DNA from: Octopus sinensis
Lineage: Eukaryota
DNA length: 64,000 nucleotides
Direction: 5' to 3'
Assembly: GCF_006345805.1 (NCBI RefSeq)
Contig: NC_042997.1
Location: forward strand, 122,512,001-122,576,000
Position 1 is the stretch's first letter. Each line of letters opens with the position of its first letter. Made by a program: the position numbers and the translations under genes. The notes below the pieces were generated by a model. The model was given only the letters and a program-made list of their open reading frames with translations. It was not told the DNA's origin and searched no databases. Below are positions 51,411 to 61,502 of this stretch, piece by piece.

Positions 51411-52885
51411 TCAATCTGGTTGCCGGGTAGGTCTATAGTTCTTGTAGTTCGCATACTTCTTATGCATACAATTTGGGGAGTGTTCTGAGATTTTGTTAAG
51501 GAGAGGGCCTTTGGCGAACAAGATCTCTAGGCTCTCCGATATGCAGAGGTCACAGCAGGTATGGCCTCCTGTGTACGAGCGCGCCTTCTGTAGTAGTTTC
51601 CACTTGGTCTTGAAGGGGATGGAGTTCCTTTTAAGGTACCAGATGTGGGCGGCGAGGGTAGTTTGGTTGGATTTATCCTGTCGCCGGAACGAGTGTGTGT
51701 GTGCGTACCAACGGGTCTCAAAGCTGTTTGGCGTCATTCCGATGTAGGATTTTCTTTTATCGTCAGGGCCTGATCTTACCTCGCATGTATATACTAGGTC
51801 CCTCTGTAGGTTGTTGTTGTTGAGGGGGCAGGTGGTTTTATCAGGGCAGTTGCAATTGCTATCGGACGTTGGATGGGCCTCGGAAAAAGTAGATATGTTA
51901 AGTTTTTTCACATTGTTGTTGGCTAGGTTCCTGGCTAGATTGGGCGTGGTAGAGTAGGAGAGTCTAATAGTGTTCTTATTTAGGATAGTGTAGTACTTAT
52001 GTTGGGTGGGGAAGTGTTTCTGTAGGAGAGTGAAGAAGATTTTTGCTACAGGTGTAGCGACCTCACGGTTGAAGTGGGGGTTGTACCAGCTAATGTGTCT
52101 TCGTCTATTTTTCCTGGGTTGGCGTGGGGATATACTAGTATAGGTAATCTTATCTTTGAAGCCACTGCGGGCCAGGGCCTCGTTGTAATAGGGGGCTGCG
52201 GCCTTAAAGATATCTTCCGTGGCGGACAGGCTAGAAATTCTAATTGAGACACTTTTTACTAGGTTATCTAATATATTTTTGGGGTGGTTGGAATTAATAT
52301 CTATATATTTAAGGGATTCATTCGGTTTGTGGTACGGGTAATAAAGTGAGGTTTTTAAGTCGAGGGTGACATCAAGGAAGTTAGCTTTAGTTAAGTTGGA
52401 TTCTAAGGTAATCCTAAGGCCTAAGTTTTTAAAGAAGGTGTAAAGATTTTTCCGGAACCCATCCGTGGTCCTGGGGTTTATTTTGTGGAGGGCGAAAAGG
52501 CCGTCATCGCGGTAAAGACCACCGGAGAGGCCTGTGAATAGGGTTTTCAGCCTATGGAGGATGAAAAGGCCCACTAGGTCACTTATTTCAGCAGGGTCGT
52601 TAGCACCCATGCTGACGTCGAAGGGGGTCACAGATTTTTTGTTGATCCAGTGGGATCCGTCATAGAAAAGAAAAGTCTTACGTGCGTGGAGGATCACATC
52701 TTGCTCGGCCTCGGTGATGGTGGAAGACCTCCTGGCGAAGTTAATCGCGTCGATCAGCAAGCTCTCCGATATGGAGGCGTAGTAATCTTCGATATCCAGT
52801 TGTAGGAATCGGGTTTTGCTTTTATCAGGTAAATCCCGGAACCAGGTTATTGCCTCGGAGGTCCTATTCCAGAGTGGAAGGGGTG
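51411..52885 (-). CDS. Penelope-like element ORF (RT + GIY-YIG endonuclease), 5'-truncated but uninterrupted
   Basis: ~490 open codons: FLQLDIEDYYASI, FDVSMGANDPAEISDLVG, GLYRDDGL, NFLDVTLDL, YHKPN, CNCPDKTTCPL linker, LVY...YIGMT...RWYAH...CDLCISE. The first few codons of the track ORF (to 52907) come from a SINE-tail copy. Confidence 0.92.
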
Positions 52886-52929
52886 CGCAGTCCAATGACT
52901 GAAACAAGTAAAAGAGTAAAGAGTAAAGA

Positions 52930-52968
<39 letters not shown>

Positions 52969-52969
<1 letters not shown>

Positions 52970-53384
52970 TCTTTACTCTTTACTCTTTTACTTGTTTCAG
53001 TCATTGGACTGCGGCCATGCTGGAGCACCGCCTTTAGTGGAGCAAATCAACCCCGGGACTTATTCTTTGTAAGCCCAGTACTTATTCTATCGGTCTATTT
53101 TGCCGAACCGCTAAGTGACGGGGACGTAGACACACCAGCATCGGTTGTCAAGCAATGCTAGGGGGACAAACACAGACACACAAACACATATATATACATA
53201 TATATATATATATATACATACGACAGGCTTCTTTCAGTTTCCGTCTACCAAATCCACTCACAAGGCATTGGTCGGCCCGGGGCTATAGCAGAAGACATTT
53301 ACCCAAGATGCCACGCAGTGGGACTGAACCCGGAACCATGTGGTTGGTTAGCAAGCTACTTACCACACAGCCACTCCTGCGCCT
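52969..53384 (-). mobile_element. SINE family A, full length, little diverged
   Basis: Minus head AGGCGCAGGAGTGGCTGTGTGGTAAG...GGTTCAGTCCC; tail ends in (GAGTAAA)n-(TA)19. Confidence 0.9.
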
Positions 53385-53407
53385 ATATATCACCACAAAT
53401 ATATATA

Positions 53408-53450
<43 letters not shown>

Positions 53451-53680
53451 GTATATATATATATATAACATATATATCAACAATTGAGGGTAAAATTATA
53501 TGATCTTTGTACTTGTGATATTTTTCTGTTTTTACCTCCATACCTTCGTGAGTTATTTATGAGTAAACATTATCTGAGAGAAATTTTCTTAAAGTAGTGG
53601 AAATGGCTAAGAAACTTTTTGGCTGCTATTTCTAGAAAGTCCAGTATGTGGCAAAGTAATTTATTTTACAAAGCCCTAAT

Positions 53681-53727
<47 letters not shown>

Positions 53728-54336
53728 TTATATACAAACACACACTCACACAGACACATGATTACGAGCATTAAACTGTACATGTTTCCCTAATGAATAA
53801 GTATTAATGAAACTGTAGCCATTCTTCAACTTTATACATCTGAAATAACATTCGAAATATAAAATCAAACATATCATGAGATTCCTGAAAAGGTTGGCAA
53901 ATGTGATTTATTGTGATTATCGTATTTAAAATATATACTCGTTTAAGAGATGATGAATTAGATTAATGAATATCCACTTACTGACATTTAGCGATTAGTC
54001 GTACGCACATAAACATAAAGCATTATTTTCCAAAATGGCCGTATCGTTTTTCAAAATGGCATCTATCGTTCGTTGCCTTCTACACGTTTTTTTCCTGTTC
54101 TATATTTCATATCTTACTTCTAGGAAAATCATTATTAATTATATTTAAACAATCATTGTGGTGATTCATGCACAACATGCATTCCATTCCCCGCACGCCT
54201 ATTTTACTATTGCCATCGTAATATTCATGTCATAAATCTATAACATATCTCTTTGGATGATAGAATAATATACGTAAACGACATTGAAGAAAGGGTTAAC
54301 ATAAATAGTTTCGAAGGCAAGGACCTCTGATATATA

Positions 54337-54383
<47 letters not shown>

Positions 54384-54402
54384 ATATATTATATATATAT
54401 AT

Positions 54403-54436
<34 letters not shown>

Positions 54437-56140
54437 ATATAATTTTAAAAAGTTGGCGTCCACTTGAAGTGGCACTGTTGGATATTTATTCTTTTAATCA
54501 CTACAATACTTTCCACACAACTGCTTCCCTGCATCATGAGATCTAGTTGTGTTTCCTCAGGCGATATGTAAATTTGCGTCTGTAATTTTAAAATCCTCTG
54601 CTTCAAGAATATCCTCTATGACTGTCGTGGCATGAATTTAATAGTAGTCGCTGAGCTTCTAAGTGTGCGTTGTTGCTGAAGGGCCGTTGGCAAACTGCTT
54701 TGAATGTGTAGATGTTTTGGGATGGTGATTCTGGTACTGTTCAAGCGGTTGCCGTTTTAGAGGGATTGATTTGACTTCTTGGTACAGTTGAATTGATAAG
54801 ATTTTTTTGCTTTATAAATATAAGGTATTGAGTTTATTCTATCACGCTGTAAATTAGATGGAGTAATTCTGCTCTTACATCCACAAAGTGCATCGGCTCA
54901 AAAGATTTAGAATGCACATTCTATATACCGTCTGAATGATACCGTCGGAAAAATACTGAAACACGTTTGGTGGATTGCATCTGTCATTCAAAAGGTTCAC
55001 ATTCTTACATCCTCAAGCACTTTTCTATGGAATGTCGTCAAATGCAAGTATGTATGTATGTGTGTGTGTATGTGTGTGTGTGTGTGTGTATGTGTGTGTG
55101 CGTGCTTGTCTGTGTGCGTGTGTGAATGTGTTTACATGTGTTTGATTCTGAAGGACGGAAGTGAAAGTTTCAAAAGTGATAAGGTTCGTTTCATATATCC
55201 TAAATATTTGAATACAGAAAACATGAAGGGTTGAATCCTCAAAAGCCGTATTCAGAAATACTAAGAGAGCTGACCTTAAAATAATATACATTTTAGGGAT
55301 TTTTGGCGAAACACGTTTGGAACATATTCAATTATTTACTATGATCTGTCAGAATAACCGTTTTAAAAGAAAATCGACAATTTTAAACACATTTTCTTTT
55401 GAAAGACATACAATAGTTGTTAATTATTTATGCTGCATCTGGTAAACTATTTCAGGGGAAAATGATAAAAAAATAGAGTGATTTTTCAAATAAATTATTT
55501 ACAATTGTAAAAGTGCTTTATTTTTGAAAAACAAACGACGTTCCTTTTTTTGATATTCCGTTTAACAACAAAGCGAAGTATGTGAGAATATTTATTTACA
55601 AAAAATTGTAATAATTTTTTTTTATTTTTGATTTTAGTACAAAAGCAGTAAATTCGATGGAAGTCAATATCATTGAGATTGGTACTTGACTTTTTGTAAG
55701 CAACTTATGGACATCGGATGGGAGCAGGTCTAAGCTGTGCTTAGTGGAATTTCAGCTCAGCGCATATGCCAGATCAAATGTTGCAAAGCATTTTTCAGAC
55801 ACATTCACTACATTGTCAGTTACCGTCTTAATTTTAATTATTAAAATAAAAGTGTCTTTAAGAGATATGAAGACTTATGACAAATCTTTTATTTAAAAAA
55901 TATTTCTTTCAATTGAAAGTTTTAATATTTTTGTTGTTCTGGTAATACAAACTGCATGAGAGACTGGTGTTTTTACCTAACCAGCCTTTTAATATTTCGC
56001 TTCATAATACCGACATATAAAATTAGACATTTCAAATGTTTCATTCGTTTGCGTTCTGATTAAAAGACAAATACATTTTATATCATAAATAAACAAAATA
56101 AATTATGCTTAAAAAATAGAGTATTTCGGTTTTAGCTTAT

Positions 56141-56601
56141 ACTCTTTTACTTGTTTCAGTGATTTGATTGTATCCATGCTGGAGAATTGCCTTTCGTCGA
56201 GCAAATCGACACAAGGACTTATTCTTCGTAAGCCTAGTACTTATTCTATCGTTCGTTTTTGCCGAACCGCTAAGTTACGGGGACGTAACCACACCATCAA
56301 CGGTTGTCAAGCGATGTTGGGGGAACAAACACAGTCACACAAACATATATACACACATACATATATGTATACATATATATATATACACACACACATATGC
56401 ACATACATATATACACACACATATATATATATACATATATATACGGCGGGATTCTTTCAGTTTCCGTCGACCACATCCACTCACAAGGCTTTGGTCGACC
56501 CGAGGCTATATTAGCAGACACTTGCCCAAGGTGCAACGCAGTAGGACTGAACCCGGAACCATGTGGTTCGTAAGCAAGCTACTTACAACACAGCTACTCC
56601 T
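56141..56601 (-). mobile_element. SINE family A
   Basis: Homologous over its full length to 52969-53384. Confidence 0.85.
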
Positions 56602-56984
56602 AAGGCTTTTTACAAAATTTTGTATAACTACAATATATTGCTACTTTGTTTCGCTTTTCTCCTGTAATTTAATATGCTCATCACACCATCAACATCTTTG
56701 TTGTTTTGACCTAATAACATTAGATGTAGAATAGCTTTCCTTTCAACTATGAATACATACTCATTACTACATACTAATTTATCCTAAACTATTTCAAACT
56801 TTGGGGTTCTGTGTATTCGGTTTGCCAATCTTTACCATTCGGTTTACCAATCTCCATATGCACATTCTTTCTATTTCTCCTTTCTTTCTGCGATTCGAAA
56901 CATCTAATGCGGTCGCAAGGTCAGTTTTAAAATACATCGTTTGATTGGTATGGTAAGTGTTGCGGGACTCATTTACATATTTGT

Positions 56985-57405
56985 TTGAACACAGACATCG
57001 TCGAAGGTGATATAAGTTTCTTTATTGGCCACACAGGGCTGCACACAGATGGGACAAGTTACAAGGTAGAGCTTTTCTTTTGGGGGAAGAGAAAAAAAAG
57101 GTGGCGTAGGTTTTCGATCAAAAGGGATCGTACAAGGGAAAAAAGAACAACAAAAAAAAAGAAAAAAGAAAAAAGGAAAAGAAAAAAAAGAAAAAAGGAA
57201 AAGAAAAAAAAGAAAAAAAGGGAAGAAAAGAAAAGAAAAATGAAAAAAGAAGATAAAAGAGGAAAAAAGGGGGAGAGGAAAAAAAACGATCAATAGGGAT
57301 CGTGTATCACAGCGTCATGATGTATGGTGTAAAGGGGAAAGCAAGTAAGGTTTATCCGTGGGAAGAAAAGCCTACGAAAATGACCCCGGTAACCTTGGTC
57401 AATAT
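56985..57405 (-). mobile_element. Retroposon 3' UTR-like dispersed repeat, possibly from a Tx1-like LINE
   Basis: Minus strand has a long T-rich tract, an internal repeat (ACGATCCC...TTGATCG twice) and AATAAA near the end. Family assignment is from memory only. Confidence 0.4.
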
Positions 57406-57609
57406 TGTTATATGTTACCACATTTGTTTGCAAGTGGGTAACCCTCTGTTTTTAATTTCTGGGTAAGTAATGTGTGTAAGTGAGAGGAAAGATTATGCCC
57501 CAGTACTGCACTGGGACTGTATTTCACAACGTCGAATGAGTACCAGATTTGTCCTGAAACAACAGTGATAACTCTTATCTGCAATACAAAAGGAACGGAA
57601 AAATTCATC

Positions 57610-57611
57610 CA

Positions 57612-57696
<85 letters not shown>

Positions 57697-57830
57697 CCTA
57701 CCTATCTATCTACCTACCTACCTATCTATCTATCTATCTATCTACCTATCTATCACGCTATCTTTCACCCTTTCTCTCTCTCTCTCTCGCTTTCTATCCC
57801 TCTCTCTCTCTCTCTGTCAGTATATATATA
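57610..57830. repeat. (CTGT)n(CTAT)n(CT)n microsatellite
   Basis: Direct reading. Confidence 0.95.
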
Positions 57831-58089
57831 TCAAGCGATTAGCAGACACGCTTAGACACACACACACACACGCTGATATGATTATATACACTTCGCCAAA
57901 TGCATGAATATATATATATATACTACTAATATGGGATGAAGTTTTTTTTACAGAAGAAAAATTCCATCAAAAATGTGACAGCATATTAAAATACATTTTC
58001 GGTTAAAATTATAAACAACTTATAAATAAGGGCTAAGGAAATCATTTCAACGCCAATATGCTGATAACAGACTTTTAAATCGTCAATTT

Positions 58090-59062
58090 CCACATATTAT
58101 TTACTCGCTACAGAAAAAAAAACACGAAGAACTGAAATCGGGGAAAGCCGGCCGATAGAATTTATATACATATGTTCTGCAACTACTAGCACTACCAGAG
58201 TAAAGAACAAGGTCAGCAACCGCAGCCACTCCTCAACACTACCACAGTTGATGACCTATTAAACTCCACAGTCCCTTGCCCTCCTCCACAGGGGAGCTAT
58301 TCAAATTCCTCACTTTCTCAGAAAACTAGACATCCATCATCATTGTCATCTAATACTACTGCTAAACCATTGCTACCACCACTACTACTACAAGTAATAA
58401 AGGACCATTCCTTTCTCATCCCTACAGTCCACCTCAATCTGACAGTATAACTCACAGCCCCACATCAGATTCGCCTAATATGAATAAAGTGAAATCTATG
58501 AACTACCACCTGTCTCCTCCAACACGTGCACGAAACCTAAAAATTTGTCGCTATTCTCTACGTGAGAGACTATTTATATATTGTGACTCCAATTTCACCC
58601 ATTTACCAGGGAGAAATCTCACAGTTCGGACAAGCAACACCAGGCAACGCCAAACACACTTCTTCAACCATCACCACCACCAAATAATCAAATTTAAAAG
58701 CTTCCACACATATTACACGGGACCCTAAAATCTGCCGCTATTCCCTCGTGAGGGATTATGTCTGAAGCGTGATTGCCCCTTCTCTCATCCTCAAGGGACT
58801 CAACGTACTATTAGAAGCTTGATTGCTAACCACCACCAAATCGACAATAAAACATCCCTTAGAGGCGTAGTGCCGAACCCGACACTCTCCCAATACCAAA
58901 TATCACCCAGTCATAGACTGATTACAAAAATATATATAACAAACCATATGACGATAACCATATCCAACAATAGCCACAACAACTCCAGTCACCAAGCTGT
59001 CGCAAATGAAGAAAATCCATTTTTAGCCATGATGAATCTGATAAAAGAAATCAAAACTCAAC
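58090..59062 (+). mobile_element. Decayed ORF1-like segment with tandem CCCH zinc fingers (CR1/L2-type ORF1?)
   Basis: KICRYSLRE...THLP (58540) and KICRYS(L)REGLCLKRDCPFSHP (58728, one-base deletion; C-x8-C-x4-C-x3-H); Ser/Thr/Pro-rich linkers; ends ENPFLAMMNLIKEIKTQL. Confidence 0.5.
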
Positions 59063-60175
59063 TCAAAGAATCTTGTGGTTGCCATCAACACATTGGTGGT
59101 TGCTGTAGTCCGCTATAGTGCACTTATTCTGAAATGGATCCAGGCGGAGATTAACCAACTTGATCGCACTACTCGAAATATGATGACAATGTATGGTGCC
59201 CTCCATCCTAAGGTGAATGTATACAGGTTCTACCTGAAAAGGGATAAAGGTGGATGTAGGCTGATTAGCGTACATGAGTGTATCAACAATGAAAGAAGAA
59301 ACATGGCAGAATAATTGATAAACAGCAAACAAGACCTGCTACAGTATGCTGCTAATGCAAAAAGAATTTAACAAAAATGGATTTGAGAGTACTAATGAAT
59401 TTAGATCAAGAACATCCAGCGAGAGAGAAGAAACCCTACTCCGCATGGAATTACACGGTCAGTTCCACCGTGAAACCAACAAATTAAAAGACCAAGAAGC
59501 ATCACCGGAGGTGGCTCAGCTAAGGTGACGTAAAACGGTATAGTGAAAGCCTAATCATCGTTTAGACATTGAATACCAGCTTGGTGAAGAGGGATATATA
59601 CCACACAAGTGCAACGGATCTCTGCAGAACTTTGGGAAGAGGTTTAAAAGCGTGACTCACTTTGTTAGTGCTTATGAAAATCGTACGCAGAAGGAGTACA
59701 AGCGTAGACACGGCAAGGGAGCACAAAACCTCTGCTGGCAACTATGCCGTGGGTATGAATATGAAGTTACGGGTGCTTGGTTCCAACATACACCGGAAAT
59801 GTAGTGGACAAAAAGTAGAAGGCAAAACTGCACTGGGAATTTGACTTTCAAACAGACGAGTTGTTAGAAACTCCAAGGACGGATGTAGTAACCTTTAGGT
59901 GGGACAAACAAGAGTGCTTAATAATTGACGTGGCTGTGCCAGAAGATCAACATATCATGAAAGAAAGAGAAAAGATACTAATCGAGACCTGAGAACTGAG
60001 ATCGCTAAGATGTTGCAGTTACGAGAGTCAAACATAAATGTTATCCCTATTGTCATCGGAGCATTGGGTTCAATACAACCCAATCTTAAAAAATATATAT
60101 CTTAAAACTTTAGAAATGCCCTATAATCTAGAACATGGAACTGCACGCATAATGCGCAAGGCACTGTCTGTCTGA
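59063..60175 (+). mobile_element. R4/Dong-like LINE, RT C-terminus to ORF end
   Basis: AINTLVVAVVRYS...LDRTTRNMMTMYGALHPK...YLKRDKGG...LHGQF...DFQTD...IIDVAVP...VIPIVIGALG...GTARIMRKAL*. Confidence 0.85.
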
Positions 60176-60294
60176 CGTCCTAGTTGTTGCCAAACAGTAC
60201 AAACCCCCGATAGACAATATCTTCAATCAGCAACCTTACGATATTGTATACTGTGTGACGTCTATAATAATAACATCAGATATCATCAAGAGGA

Positions 60295-60392
60295 ATATAA
60301 AAGAAATTGGAATAGGATGCGCAGTAGAACAGTTACAAAACGCTTACCTCGTTGGCATGACCAGAAAAATCAGGGAAGTATTAGATATTTGA
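60295..60392 (+). mobile_element. Extreme 3' end of another RLE LINE
   Basis: KEIGIGCAVEQLQNAYLVGMTRKIREVLDI* (~LQKAxLLGTARIIRKVL). Confidence 0.55.
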
Positions 60393-60399
60393 AAAGAAT

Positions 60400-61445
60400 G
60401 GATAGCACAGTGTCGTGTGCTGCAGGTGGAAAGCCTGGGATCATTTTATAATAGCTCTTATCATCTATCCATGCTAATGTTAGATTTTTCTGTTTAGCTT
60501 TTACTTCATTTAGAGCTGCTTTGACTATGTATAATACATCATGTGTTCCTCTAGCCTTTTCGCTGCAACCTTCCAGGTTTTCTGCTGGTAAGTTCTTGTT
60601 GTAAAGGTGCTAGTAAATTATTTTTAAAAGCATTCTTGATAAAAGCTTTCACACTAAATAATTAGAAAGTGATTGGTCTATAATTTCTAGCTGTATTACC
60701 CTTGCTTTTGTCTTTCATAATGTGCATTTTCCTCCCTCTAGTCAGCCAACCTTGTATTATTCCTCCCTTAAGGAAATCATGTATATGTTGCCTCAATATC
60801 CCGTGCAAACGAAAACACTTCTTTAACCAGTACCCTTGAACTAAATCTCGTCCCTTCAAATTCAGCATTTTTCCTATCACTTTACTCATAAATGCAATAG
60901 TTAGGTTTAGATCTGGCTGCTTCTCACTCGCTACTTCTTTGTGTGACCTATATTTTTGATATCTTTCCTACTGATAAGAGAAATTACTTTTCTAGTCATA
61001 TTTAGCAGCTTCCTTCTATTGGTACTTTTGATGCTGGCAATCTCTTTCTTACTTATTTACTCGTTACTTCCTGTAACTCACCTAAATATATTCTGATCTT
61101 CCTCACCTAAATCGTTTAAATCGTTAGTGCCAGTTGTCCTTTCCTTATTGGTACTGCTATTATCATTTTCCCTTTATGTTCTTCTTTGGTTTGAACTGTA
61201 TCTCTTATATTGTTGGCTTTCTGTCCTACTTTCTGGTCTTTCTTTACCAGTTCTTATGTGATCTCTTCCATTTTCAGTTGCGTCATCTAATTTCTTCTAA
61301 TAGCATTATCTTGATCAATTAGTCTATTCTCAGCCACACTAAACCTACTCTTCTTTACCCCAAAATGTTAACAACCGTTTTCTTCGTGGCAGCCTGCTGT
61401 CACTCGTCCGTGCTGTTTGCTATTCGCTGCAAAACGAAACTATAG
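60400..61445 (-). mobile_element. R4/Dong-like LINE RT N-terminal fragment
   Basis: KMLNLKGRDLVQGYWLK...GWLTRGR..IMKDKSKG..ARNYRPIT, then LEGCSEKARGTHD...KNLTLAWID; (ATT)n at 61460-61503 lies upstream. Confidence 0.8.
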
Positions 61446-61457
61446 TATTCTTTCAAA

Positions 61458-61502
<45 letters not shown>

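Noticed and set aside
50844-53682. Direct repeats 50844-51050 / 53475-53682 as pseudo-LTRs of the 51.4-kb PLE
   Set aside because: Their middles differ and the shared parts are clearly diverged while the ORF is pristine; more likely two older independent insertions.
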